Shown here: positions 28,474 through 38,465 of the stretch, in pieces
Layout: each line of letters opens with the position of its first letter
Position numbering within the stretch: position 1 is the first letter of the stretch
Source of the DNA: a virus
Lineage: Duplodnaviria > Caudoviricetes
IMG/VR virus record: IMGVR_UViG_3300046171_000113
Location: 1 to 62,993 of that record
Direction: 5' to 3' (one strand)
DNA: 62,993 bases
Made by a program: the position numbers and the translations under genes
The notes under the pieces: model-generated
What the model was told of the DNA's origin: nothing
Database searches by the model: none
What the model saw: only the letters and a program-made list of their open reading frames with translations

Positions 28474-29492
28474 TATACTACTCTCTTTTCTGCTTGTTTC
28501 ATTTGATCATACAACCTTTGAGCACCTTTTTCAATGTTGCCGCCACCCATTCCTCTAACAGCATCTGCTGTCATTACAAATTCGTTTTTACTTAACATAG
28601 CAGGTACGTCATCTGCTTTTTCTTTTATACCAACTGGTACAAATCCGCCAGTCTCTCTATAGTCTCGTTCTATAGTGCCAGCTTTATTTTTTCTCATTTG
28701 ACCCATAGGCATACTTTGTAAGCCACCCATAGCTAATTTGTTTCTTTTTAAAGGTAAAATAAAAGGCATATTTTTTCTATCAAATTTTTTATCTGGATTA
28801 TATTTATGTGGTTCTCCTTTTCTTGGAAATTCAGGTCTTATAGGATTACCATCTTCATCATATTTAACTATATAAGGCATTTTCATTATATATTTTTCCA
28901 TATCTTTTATTGATAAGGAGTTTAATCCTTTTTTAGGTGTACCAGATTCTAAACCAACTCTACCACCTACAGCCATATACTCAGATGTATTGGTTGTAAC
29001 AAACTCTTCTACTTCTTTAGAAGATGCGTCAGGATTTGTTTTACTATAGTAGTCTCTTAAATAAATTTTTACTTTTTCTGGATCTCTTTTAGTTTCTTCT
29101 ATCTCTTCTGGACTCATACCTGAAGCAGCTAAGATACTTCCTATCGCTCCTACAGTGTATCCACCGCCAGGAATACTACCAAAGATACCTGGTGTTGTAA
29201 CAGCTGCACCTTTCATAGCTGCAGTGCTTCCTGGTAAAAATTTTGTGCCACCACTAAGCAAAGCACTGATACCACCAGTCTTACCAAAAATACTTGGAGC
29301 AGCTCCACCAAAAGAGGCTCTACCAAGTAAGCCACCAAACTGTGTTCCTGGTATACCAAAACCAACTGCTGCTAATAGGGCAGCTTTACCTAAATCAGAT
29401 TTAACAACTTTTTTAACTGTCTTACCTATTGATTTAACTAAACTTCCTAGTCCGTATAATTGTCTGGGTTCTTGCATTCTTGATATTGCCAT
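28473..29492 (-). CDS. Putative internal virion protein with Gly-rich hydrophobic N-half and DDVPAMLSKNEFV C-domain
   Basis: Motif resembles tape-measure C-terminal DSxPAxLSxGEFV. Confidence 0.6.
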   Translation of the reverse strand: MAISRMQEPRQLYGLGSLVKSIGKTVKKVVKSDLGKAALLAAVGFGIPGTQFGGLLGRASFGGAAPSIFGKTGGISALLSGGTKFLPGSTAAMKGAAVTTPGIFGSIPGGGYTVGAIGSILAASGMSPEEIEETKRDPEKVKIYLRDYYSKTNPDASSKEVEEFVTTNTSEYMAVGGRVGLESGTPKKGLNSLSIKDMEKYIMKMPYIVKYDEDGNPIRPEFPRKGEPHKYNPDKKFDRKNMPFILPLKRNKLAMGGLQSMPMGQMRKNKAGTIERDYRETGGFVPVGIKEKADDVPAMLSKNEFVMTADAVRGMGGGNIEKGAQRLYDQMKQAEKRVV

Positions 29493-29548
29493 AATTTAAA
29501 TACACTTATATTGTTGAGCAGGCATAGATATCCTGAAAATACTACACT

Positions 29549-30508
29549 TTATTTGATTTTTGTATCTTCGTCAAGTGGTTTGGCATGCTTTGCAGGTCGT
29601 GTACCTTGGTATAAATCATCAAAGAAACGACCACGATATAAGAACTCTCCAACGTGCGTAATAGTATCCATTACATATATATGAACTTTACCACCCATAT
29701 CTGTCCATTTTTGACAGAAACCAAAGTCTTCTCCAAAGTATCTTTTAGTTTTAAGATCATGCCAAGTATCAAACAAGTTATAAAAATTATCTTTCTTTTC
29801 TTCTTTGCCGTTAATATAGGTAGGTTGGTATATTTCTAATTCAGGGTGATTCTTAATCATGTCTTCAATAACATGTCTTTTAATTAACATACATCCAGTA
29901 GGTGCATGAGTTACTTCTATAATACCTTTGTCAGCTATAATGTTATACTGGTCTTCTACTTTAATTGGATAAGTAAAACCTGCTCTTGACATATCTTCTG
30001 CAGAAGTAATAGCATCTTCTTTGTTGTTTACTCTTCTCCATATTTTATTCCAATCCATCATCTTCATTGGATAAGGACATGCAATAACATCTTTGTCAGC
30101 CTTTAACATTTTTTCAATAGTAGAAAAACTAAAGTCAATATCAGAGTCTATAAATAATAAATGAGTGTATTTGTCTTTATGATTTAAAAATTCTGCTACA
30201 CTTAAATTTCTACCTTGTGTAACTAAAGAAGATTTTAACAAAGTAAAACTAACTAATATATTTCTTTGTAAACATTCTTGTTGAAATTTTAAAACAGCTT
30301 GACAATAATGCATAGACACATCGCTATGACAAGGAGTACAAACCATTATTTTATAAGGCGATCTACCACCTTCTCCGCCTACATTTATTTCAATCACATT
30401 ACTATCCCCTTCAACTTTATTAGTTTTTACAGTTTGATAAGTATCATTACTAGCTTCTGTTTTTTTATCTTCTTCAAACCAGATAGGTGTATTACTTAGT
30501 CTTGGCAC
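29549..30508 (-). CDS. GT-A fold glycosyltransferase-like protein
   Basis: LLFIDSDI DxD motif, TGCMLIKR, GEDFGFC. Confidence 0.75.
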   Translation of the reverse strand: MPRLSNTPIWFEEDKKTEASNDTYQTVKTNKVEGDSNVIEINVGGEGGRSPYKIMVCTPCHSDVSMHYCQAVLKFQQECLQRNILVSFTLLKSSLVTQGRNLSVAEFLNHKDKYTHLLFIDSDIDFSFSTIEKMLKADKDVIACPYPMKMMDWNKIWRRVNNKEDAITSAEDMSRAGFTYPIKVEDQYNIIADKGIIEVTHAPTGCMLIKRHVIEDMIKNHPELEIYQPTYINGKEEKKDNFYNLFDTWHDLKTKRYFGEDFGFCQKWTDMGGKVHIYVMDTITHVGEFLYRGRFFDDLYQGTRPAKHAKPLDEDTKIK

Positions 30509-31439
30509 TAATTGCTCCTGTTAGAAATCTTGTCCATGATGTACCTATTTTATTCCAATTGTAATAAGCATTAACATAATCAGACTGAGTTTCTAAATGT
30601 TTATGTATAGTTTCTTCATGTAATATATTCGCTGAAGCTTCTATTGCGGAAGCAAATTTCATTGATAGCCTTCTTAAATTATTATCAAAAGGTATATACA
30701 TAGGAAATTCAGCACCTGTTTCAAACAAAGCACCAAGATTAGTTGTAACACAATATAATCCACCAGCCATACATTCTAATAAAGATATACAAGATGTTTC
30801 TTCAAAGATACTTGGGTATGCATACATATTATATTTATGCATATTACTTTTTATAAAACTATTTGGTTTATACCCTATGTAATTTACATTAGGTAGTTGT
30901 CTTGCTTGTTCATATAGTTCTGTGTATTCATGATCATTTTGATCAAAGAATTGTTTTCCATACACTTCACATGATGAATATACATCTAAAGTAATCAATG
31001 GATTCTTAACTAATTGCATTGCACCTAATAAAACAGATAATCCTCTCCAAGGTGTGTTTTGATGAATTATTCTAATAGGGTCACCTTGCTTATAAGGTTT
31101 TGCTTTTTGTATTTTATCTACACCATTTTTAATTACCAAACATTTTTCTGCAGGTAAACCAAACATCATTCTAAATTTTTCAAAAGTCCAATGAGAATTA
31201 AATACATACCAATCATACTTGTGATGATTAGATTTTTCTTGAAACCAAGGAGCTAAGTTAGGCTGATCGTATGAATTTTTTTGCCAAAGTATATTTACTT
31301 TGTTTGGATGTAACGGAATTTTTTCTGGCACAGAAGTTGTAATCTGTACTTGATCTAATAACTTTTTATCAACGTATTCTTCTAAATAGTTGAATTGTAA
31401 TTCTGTTCCACCCTTAGGGTTTTGGTTTCTTATTATCAT
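30492..31439 (-). CDS. GT-B (group 1) glycosyltransferase
   Basis: GGTE, NGVD, YPSIFEETSCISLLECMAGG. Confidence 0.85.
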   Translation of the reverse strand: MIIRNQNPKGGTELQFNYLEEYVDKKLLDQVQITTSVPEKIPLHPNKVNILWQKNSYDQPNLAPWFQEKSNHHKYDWYVFNSHWTFEKFRMMFGLPAEKCLVIKNGVDKIQKAKPYKQGDPIRIIHQNTPWRGLSVLLGAMQLVKNPLITLDVYSSCEVYGKQFFDQNDHEYTELYEQARQLPNVNYIGYKPNSFIKSNMHKYNMYAYPSIFEETSCISLLECMAGGLYCVTTNLGALFETGAEFPMYIPFDNNLRRLSMKFASAIEASANILHEETIHKHLETQSDYVNAYYNWNKIGTSWTRFLTGAISAKTK

Positions 31440-31608
31440 TGTTCATTACTTTCTGGAATACATCTAAACCTTTTGGTGATACCTGCACTGTTACATCAGT
31501 AACAATATCTGATCCTTCTAATTTTTCTTTAGAAGTTTCACCTGTCTTTGTATTTCTATAAATTGTTATAGTTGTACAATCGATCTTATGTATATTATCC
31601 GTTTTCAT
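31414..31608 (-). CDS. Hypothetical protein
   Basis: Operon continuity. Confidence 0.6.
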   Translation of the reverse strand: MKTDNIHKIDCTTITIYRNTKTGETSKEKLEGSDIVTDVTVQVSPKGLDVFQKVMNNDNKKPKP

Positions 31609-31936
31609 TCTCTCTGTTTATAAGCGCATAACTAACTACTACTTCAAGTTTGTTAGCTGTTTCCGCTTGAGCTTTTATAGCATCTCCTGCTTCTAAATTC
31701 AACCCCTGTTCTGTAGCGTTGACTGTGCTTGAAGCAGGTATATCCTTTCTAAAAAATTCTACATCTGTACTAGCAGATGAATCTCTTAAATCACAATTAA
31801 CTAATACAGCTCCTGTGCTATTGTTAGATACATACACAGATTTTATAATAGCAACAGCTGATGTTGATATAGTCAAAACAGTTGTCATAGCTGTTCCATC
31901 TAATATCTTAGATGCATTTTTATATTGTATGCTCAT
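31595..31936 (-). CDS. Small beta-rich virion protein
   Basis: LEAGDAIKAQA pattern. Confidence 0.6.
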   Translation of the reverse strand: MSIQYKNASKILDGTAMTTVLTISTSAVAIIKSVYVSNNSTGAVLVNCDLRDSSASTDVEFFRKDIPASSTVNATEQGLNLEAGDAIKAQAETANKLEVVVSYALINRENENG

Positions 31937-32097
31937 GATAAAAAGTAGTTAAAAGCGTCTTGTTCGTTTTTTAAATCTTGTTGAAAAGAAAAATTAAGTT
32001 GTTGTTTCATTGTATTCAAAGACTCCATAATCTGCCTTTGATTATCTACATCATATTCTTCTTTTGGCTCAGGTATGTAATTAGTAATCTTTGCCAT
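31933..32097 (-). CDS. 54-aa protein MAKITNYIPEPKEEYDVDNQRQI... (not in ORF track)
   Basis: TAATG/ATGA coupling on both sides. Confidence 0.65.
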   Translation of the reverse strand: MAKITNYIPEPKEEYDVDNQRQIMESLNTMKQQLNFSFQQDLKNEQDAFNYFLS

Positions 32098-33107
32098 TAA
32101 TAATCAGTTCTTCCTCTACCAGTTCTATTACTTACTGGGCCACCAGTTGTTGCATTTATACCAAACCCTTGTCCTGAATCAAAAGATTGTCTACCATCAT
32201 CACCTCGTCCATAGTTAGTTGGTCCGTGTATGTTAGGATTATAATCGCTTTGTCCTTGTTTGTTAATTTTTTCTATTATTTTTTGTCTTTCTTTTTCTTT
32301 TCTTTTTTCTATTTTACTCTCAGTAATTGTATCAGCTATTTTATTTCTTCTATTAAATAACTTTTGAGCTTCATTTAATGTAACTATTCTACCTAATAAA
32401 TCAGTTTGAACTGGTCCCGTATATGTTCCCGCAAGAGCTTGTTCTATTTCCTCCTGACTTAATCCATATTTTTCAGATAAAGTATTTGCAATTGTACCTC
32501 GTCTTTTATCAAAAGTTTCATCAGTTATCATATTAGCGTTATATCCAGCCATAATACCTTCAGGTGTGTTATAATCATTTGTCACGACTCTTCCAATATT
32601 ATCTAACTGCACTCCAGCGCCTAATAATTCATTTTCTAAAATACCTCTTCTATTTGGAGGAAGCATTCCACCAATTAATTTTCCTGCTCCATAAACACCT
32701 AAAGCTGCAGGTATAAGTTGTCCACCTGTCATTAAACTCCCTGCTCCTAAAGCTACTTTAGATCCCATAGGTAAAGCTTTATATTTATCGTATAAACCCA
32801 TGACTCCTGTTCTAGGAGATCCTGGATAACCATAATCAGGTGTTCCTAAATTATCATCAGGATTAAATGGAAAAGGATTTACATAATTTCTAGAAGTTCT
32901 TGTCATATTTGGATCAGGATTATAAACACCATATCCATCTCCGTTGCCACCTGGTCTAGGTAATAATGGATCTACAAGAGTTTTATCCTCAGGTTCTACA
33001 GGTACTATAGGGCCAATGCTAGGCGGGGTAGGTTGAAAAATAGGTGATATGCTAGGCATCCCCTGGTTTAAATAGGCTTGAGCTAAATCAAATAAAGTGT
33101 TTGCCAT
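32097..33107 (-). CDS. Pro/Gly-rich hypothetical virion protein
   Basis: 336-aa ORF in the tail operon. Confidence 0.7.
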   Translation of the reverse strand: MANTLFDLAQAYLNQGMPSISPIFQPTPPSIGPIVPVEPEDKTLVDPLLPRPGGNGDGYGVYNPDPNMTRTSRNYVNPFPFNPDDNLGTPDYGYPGSPRTGVMGLYDKYKALPMGSKVALGAGSLMTGGQLIPAALGVYGAGKLIGGMLPPNRRGILENELLGAGVQLDNIGRVVTNDYNTPEGIMAGYNANMITDETFDKRRGTIANTLSEKYGLSQEEIEQALAGTYTGPVQTDLLGRIVTLNEAQKLFNRRNKIADTITESKIEKRKEKERQKIIEKINKQGQSDYNPNIHGPTNYGRGDDGRQSFDSGQGFGINATTGGPVSNRTGRGRTDY

Positions 33108-35071
33108 TATCTTCTTCCATCTGGTTGTGCATCTAATCTAAGTGTGCCATATCTCCATGACTCACCCACTGCTGTGTTTTCTATTTGAACAGAAACTAAT
33201 CTGCCTCTTGCTCTTGTATCTACCTTATCAGTCGTAGAAGTAATTGTAAAGGGTCCAAGTGGTGAGCTAACAGCCACGTCATCTGGATAACTACTTACAA
33301 ATAAAGTTACTTTAGCATTACCTGTTTGATATTTAAAATCAGGTATGAATCTTTTAACTGACATAAAAAATTCTCCATCACCTCTGTAATCAGCAACTCC
33401 TGTTGCCTGACCCAAGGCGCTCTTACGTGAAGTAATATCCCAATCTCCCGATCTAATAAAAGCATCTATAGAAGTTGTGCCTGAGCTATTGACTTGATCG
33501 GTTCCTACTTCATGAGCATAGTAAATACTAGCTCCATATTTATTTGTAATACCTAATATATCGGGAAATACAGGAGTACCGTTGTCTACATAATCAGTTG
33601 CATAAGGAGCATTAAATACCCCTTGATCTTGATACGTAGTTCTATCTAACGATGAAGTTGTCCAAACATTTTCTGAGTAATTATAAGTCACACATCTATC
33701 AACTTGATCAGATCCATCTTTTGGATAGAACCAGTTTATTTCTGTATACAAAGTATTAGGTGAGGAATAAATAACATCTCTTGAATCTAAATTAATTCCT
33801 AGGTTATCTCCATCTGTACTAAATACAAAATCTTCTACAAGAGATGGCAATGATTTAACTGTACCATCATAAGCAAAAAAACCACCTTCTGCTGACATCC
33901 ACCATACAGCACCGTTTGCATAAGACATAGCGTGTTGACCAATGCAACCACAATTGGTACCGACTTGTCTAACAGAAAAAGTAAAAGGTGGACCAACAAA
34001 TTGAATTACATAAGCTGCAACATCTGTTGATACAAAAATATAGTCTTTACCTTGTATAGCTGCTCTAATTTCATTTCCACTGTCTAATCTAAAAGTTCCT
34101 GCAGTATTAGTAGCAGTTGGAGCATATGTGTTTAAATCCTCTTGATTAGAAAATCTTACAAACATAGGGTCTTGTGTTGTAGGATCACCTATAGTTGTTT
34201 CTGTTCCAAAATGGAACACATGTCTATCTCTATCTGATACAATAGAAATTCTAGTAGCCGTTGGATTATTTGTTGTTTGAAAATTACTTGTTGATTGTGA
34301 TGCTCTTATGGTCCTAGCATTTGATGCTCCAGCGTTCCAAGTAAAAGTTTTGCCATTAAATATAGTTGCTACTAAAACTTCACCAAAGTTATCTAAACTC
34401 CAGTTGCCTGGATCCAGAGTCACGTTACTAATAGTTCTTTCAGTACCCCAAGTAGAATCTCCCCATAAATAAGTTCCCCAACCATAGCCACTTGTTTGAG
34501 TAGTTGGTCCAACTTCAATATAAGGATTAACAGTCGCTGCACCTGCTGCAGTCATACCAGATCCCCCTTCAGCTCTTACAGCCTGCACTGTAAATTTATC
34601 TACAGTTGCAACTGTTAAAATTTCATAAGCTACTTCTAATTCTGCAGCTGTAAAATCTGATGCTCCTGTAACAGTGACACCAGATAAAGTTATATATCTT
34701 CCAACAGCTAAACCATGTGATCCTTTATTAACAGTTAATACATTTGAACCATTAACTGTTGTTAAAGTACATCCTGTGATAGCTGTATCTAACGGTGTAA
34801 TATCAAAAAAATTATTACCATAATATAAGAATAAACCTTGAGATGTACCAATAGCTGAATATTTTTCCCCAGCGAAAGAGGTAAAAGAATGTTGTTTTCT
34901 AGCTGCTCCAGGTAAAGTTTTGGATGCTGCTGTAAGTTGAGACCAACCACCTATTTTTTCTGGTAATCCGTATCTAAATCTAACAAAATCACCATCTGTC
35001 CATTGCCCCTCAGCGCCAGATTCAGTGTCTTGTTTGTTAAAGCCAGGCTTGAAATTTAATTTTTGTAGCAT
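33107..35071 (-). CDS. Tail nozzle/DNA stabilization protein (P22 gp10-like)
   Basis: Beta-rich; VRFSNQED, LPSLVEDFVF, EINWFYP motifs. Confidence 0.65.
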   Translation of the reverse strand: MLQKLNFKPGFNKQDTESGAEGQWTDGDFVRFRYGLPEKIGGWSQLTAASKTLPGAARKQHSFTSFAGEKYSAIGTSQGLFLYYGNNFFDITPLDTAITGCTLTTVNGSNVLTVNKGSHGLAVGRYITLSGVTVTGASDFTAAELEVAYEILTVATVDKFTVQAVRAEGGSGMTAAGAATVNPYIEVGPTTQTSGYGWGTYLWGDSTWGTERTISNVTLDPGNWSLDNFGEVLVATIFNGKTFTWNAGASNARTIRASQSTSNFQTTNNPTATRISIVSDRDRHVFHFGTETTIGDPTTQDPMFVRFSNQEDLNTYAPTATNTAGTFRLDSGNEIRAAIQGKDYIFVSTDVAAYVIQFVGPPFTFSVRQVGTNCGCIGQHAMSYANGAVWWMSAEGGFFAYDGTVKSLPSLVEDFVFSTDGDNLGINLDSRDVIYSSPNTLYTEINWFYPKDGSDQVDRCVTYNYSENVWTTSSLDRTTYQDQGVFNAPYATDYVDNGTPVFPDILGITNKYGASIYYAHEVGTDQVNSSGTTSIDAFIRSGDWDITSRKSALGQATGVADYRGDGEFFMSVKRFIPDFKYQTGNAKVTLFVSSYPDDVAVSSPLGPFTITSTTDKVDTRARGRLVSVQIENTAVGESWRYGTLRLDAQPDGRR

Positions 35072-35121
35072 ATAATGCATTATATAATAGTTTTATAGAG
35101 AATGAAAGATAGAAAATATAT

Positions 35122-35658
35122 ATGAAAACTACAGTGTTAAACAATATCCTTTCTGAAAAGGAATTATTTTTTATGTATAATCAAATTATAAGTAGTCCAA
35201 CATGGAAAATGAATGGTTTATCAGAACCCGCTAGAGGTTTTATGTCTTCACCTGTTTTAATAATTAAAGAATATAATGATTTAGTTACACATTATCCTTT
35301 TTATATTTGGGGACAAACCATAGTATATAGAATAGCAAAAATGTTAGAGAATAAAAATATAGGTATACCCACGACTGTAGAAAGAATGTGGTTTAATTGT
35401 ACTTATCATGGTAAGAAAACTCAACACTGGTTACATCGAGACGATGAAAAAGATTTAAAATTAAAATCAATTTTATTATTTATGACTCCTGTTTGGCAAC
35501 CAGATTGGAGAGGTTCTTTTTATATTGATGGTGAAGAATTTAAATTTAAACCAGGCAACGCGGTAGTGTTTGATTCAAATGAATATCACAAAGGAGAATC
35601 TCCTGAGTCGGAAACATATAATTGGCAAAGGATATGTTGTAATATAATAGTGGGATAA
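35122..35658 (+). CDS. 2OG-Fe(II) oxygenase
   Basis: HRD...WQPDWRG...H...R. Confidence 0.8.
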   Translation: MKTTVLNNILSEKELFFMYNQIISSPTWKMNGLSEPARGFMSSPVLIIKEYNDLVTHYPFYIWGQTIVYRIAKMLENKNIGIPTTVERMWFNCTYHGKKTQHWLHRDDEKDLKLKSILLFMTPVWQPDWRGSFYIDGEEFKFKPGNAVVFDSNEYHKGESPESETYNWQRICCNIIVG

Positions 35659-36266
35659 TGATTAATTTTATAGACAAAAATAATAAATTAGAAGAAACTA
35701 GAAGTAGCTTAACTATTACTTACCCTAGAACTGTAAGTATAATATTTGGTAATTACTCTTACCCAGATATAATTCATAATCTTATTATGGATATAAAAAA
35801 TAATTTAGATTCAAATATGAATAATTACACTAATGTAAAAGGTGGCATGACTAATTGGTATTATTTTTTAGATAATATTAATTTTAAAAACTTTTTTGCT
35901 TATTTAATAAATAAACATCAAACAACTAATCCACAACTTTTTGAATATTTTTTAGAAAGATATGAAGTTACAAATGCTTGGGGAAATGAAATAAAACCAA
36001 ATGATAGTTTAAATTATCATGCACACCCTTGTTGGCATGGAATTTTATATCTAACAAAAGGTTGTGAGTTACATTTACCAGAATTAAATATAAAAATAAC
36101 ACCTGAACCGGGAGACTATTATATATTTCCCTCTGAAATAGTACATGGTTTTGATAAATCTAAAGACGAAAATAATAGATACAGTTTAATTTTTAACATA
36201 GAACGACTTGATGAGTTTAGTTTTAAAAATAAAATAAAAGAAATAAATGAAAAACATAAAAAATAA
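35658..36266 (+). CDS. 2OG-Fe(II) oxygenase
   Basis: HAH...GILY...IFPSEIVH...RYSLIFN. Confidence 0.8.
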   Translation: MINFIDKNNKLEETRSSLTITYPRTVSIIFGNYSYPDIIHNLIMDIKNNLDSNMNNYTNVKGGMTNWYYFLDNINFKNFFAYLINKHQTTNPQLFEYFLERYEVTNAWGNEIKPNDSLNYHAHPCWHGILYLTKGCELHLPELNIKITPEPGDYYIFPSEIVHGFDKSKDENNRYSLIFNIERLDEFSFKNKIKEINEKHKK

Positions 36267-36849
36267 AACAATAAATTACCAATTTTTTCATTGGGGACCA
36301 TTTTTATATAAAACCACTTTAACTGAAGATGAATTAAAAGACATAAAAAATTTATGTGTTAAAGATCCTAAAAAAGACACAAGAAAAAATTTAGCTGGTC
36401 TAATTAAACACGAATATGACATTGACCCTAAAAAATTATTTCCAATACTATTACCTTATTTTGAAAGCTATGCAAAATCTTATCAAGATTATTCTGGTGA
36501 ATTTTTTGGAAAAGAATTAGAATTAGTTCGATCTTGGGTAAATTATATGACAAAATTTGAATCAAATCCTATTCATACTCATGGCGAAGATTTATCTTTT
36601 GTTATATTTACTAAAATCCCTAAAGAACTAAAACAAGAATGGAACGATACCATATCATCAGGGCAAAAACCCGGTGCTCTAAATTTTTTAATATCTTTAA
36701 ATAGTAAACAAAAATTTATTAATCAACGTACTTTTCAACCCGAAGAAAGAGACTTTTATATTTTTCCTTCTGATCTAAATCATTTTGTAACTCATTTTGA
36801 AACTAATGGTGAAAGAGTATCTATTTCAGGAAACTTAAAAATAAAATAG
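36247..36849 (+). CDS. 2OG-Fe(II) oxygenase
   Basis: WVN, HTH, IFPSDLNHFV, RVSISGN. Confidence 0.82.
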   Translation: MKNIKNKTINYQFFHWGPFLYKTTLTEDELKDIKNLCVKDPKKDTRKNLAGLIKHEYDIDPKKLFPILLPYFESYAKSYQDYSGEFFGKELELVRSWVNYMTKFESNPIHTHGEDLSFVIFTKIPKELKQEWNDTISSGQKPGALNFLISLNSKQKFINQRTFQPEERDFYIFPSDLNHFVTHFETNGERVSISGNLKIK

Positions 36850-36858
36850 AAGAAATAA

Positions 36859-37455
36859 ATGAAAGAAAAAACAGTTAATATAAATAATTTTATTGGAATA
36901 TATGACAACTATATTACAGAAGAAGAATGTGACAGGGCTATTAACTTATATGAAAATCAAAACAGATTTAATAATACTATTAATAGAATAGGTTTTGAAA
37001 AAGCATCTATCTTAGATAAACAAGATCAACAATATTTTGCAGCGCCACATAATATTAGCATATGGTGGGAAGAATTAAAAACTCTTATGATTAATTTTGA
37101 TATTGCTTGGAAACATTATGAAAAAAATGTAGGAGCTGCGGCAGCTTATGGAGTAGATGATTTTAAATATACTACTTTAAAAATTCAAAAAACTTTACCT
37201 ACTGAAGGATATCATATTTGGCATTTAGAACATAACAAAGGTTTTGATAACGAACCAAGAGCTTTTGTTTTTTCTGTATATTTAAATGATGTAGAAGAAG
37301 GTGGAGAAACAGAATTTTTACATTTTTCTAAAAGAGTAAAACCCAAAAAAGGTAGAATAGTTATTTGGCCCGCTGCTTTTCCTTACATTCATAGGGGTAA
37401 TCCACCATTGTCGGGTGAGAAATATATACTTACTTCTTGGTTAATGTTAAGATGA
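36859..37455 (+). CDS. Prolyl 4-hydroxylase-like 2OG-Fe(II) oxygenase
   Basis: WHLE, YLNDVEEGGET, HRGNPP, KYILT. Confidence 0.85.
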   Translation: MKEKTVNINNFIGIYDNYITEEECDRAINLYENQNRFNNTINRIGFEKASILDKQDQQYFAAPHNISIWWEELKTLMINFDIAWKHYEKNVGAAAAYGVDDFKYTTLKIQKTLPTEGYHIWHLEHNKGFDNEPRAFVFSVYLNDVEEGGETEFLHFSKRVKPKKGRIVIWPAAFPYIHRGNPPLSGEKYILTSWLMLR

Positions 37456-37973
37456 TAAAGATTATTAACAATTTTTTTGATGATAAGTTATTAGCAAATA
37501 TACAGAATCATATTACAACAAAATTACACTACACCCCTTGTTTCTTTGATAATAAAGAAAAGAATAAAGAGAACTATTATGGTAATAGATTTGTTTTATC
37601 TGATGATAAAAATTTATTAAATACATTTACTAAACAAGCGGAAAAAAAATTTAAAATAAAAATAAAAAAAATGCAAAATGATTCTGGTATAGATCTAAGA
37701 AACTTAGATCATTTTAACCCTCATCAAGACAGTGCAAAAGTAAATGTTTTAGTTATGTTAAAAGGACCTACAGCAGTTACTAATGGCACTGTTTTTTATA
37801 CAGGACCTGTAAATAAATGCGACTTAGATATTCATGTAGGATTTAGAGAAAATAGAGCCATATTATTTCCATCTAATTGGGTGCATTCTAATCATTTAAG
37901 TAAAGTTCCAAATCTTAGAAGATATACAGCTAGTTTGTTTATCACAGAATATGAAGAGTTAAACAATGATTAA
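37452..37973 (+). CDS. 2OG-Fe(II) oxygenase
   Basis: PHQD, GTVFY, NRAILFPSNWVH, R. Confidence 0.8.
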   Translation: MIKIINNFFDDKLLANIQNHITTKLHYTPCFFDNKEKNKENYYGNRFVLSDDKNLLNTFTKQAEKKFKIKIKKMQNDSGIDLRNLDHFNPHQDSAKVNVLVMLKGPTAVTNGTVFYTGPVNKCDLDIHVGFRENRAILFPSNWVHSNHLSKVPNLRRYTASLFITEYEELNND

Positions 37974-38465
37974 TTCATATAATTTATTTGCAGTTCGTAT
38001 GTCTCATGGAGTTTACCAATTCCAATAAATATACATAAAAAGATTTTAGAGTTTGTAAAACAAAACTATAAAGAGACACATAATATTTCTTGTGTAAATG
38101 GTTTTCAATATCATGATGATTTTGATGGCAAAAAAGAATTAAATGAATTTATAAATAAATATTTAGGAAATGTTCATAACTTAAAAATATATAATGGTTG
38201 GTTAAATGTTTTAGATAATAAATCTTACAATAAACCTCATTGTCATACAGGTAATCAAGTTACACATGCAGCTGTTTTATATCTTTCTAATAATAACAAT
38301 AATATTAACTTTGTAAAAGAAGGTGATGTATTTGAAATACAACCAAAACTTTTTGATTATCTAATCTTTCCATTTAATTTATTTCATTATGTTTTGCCAG
38401 AAGAACGTTCTGAAAAAAGAATATGCTACGCTTTTAATTTAACAGAAGTAACTAATGTCCTTTGA
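37966..38465 (+). CDS. 2OG-Fe(II) oxygenase with frameshift near 38010 (missing from ORF track)
   Basis: Hand translation: WLNV...NKPHCH...AAVLYL...IFPFNLFHYV...RICYAFN. Confidence 0.72.

Noticed and set aside
22454-29499. Plus-strand ORFs antisense to ejection genes
   Set aside because: Shadow ORFs opposite long genuine genes, with no RBS or motifs.
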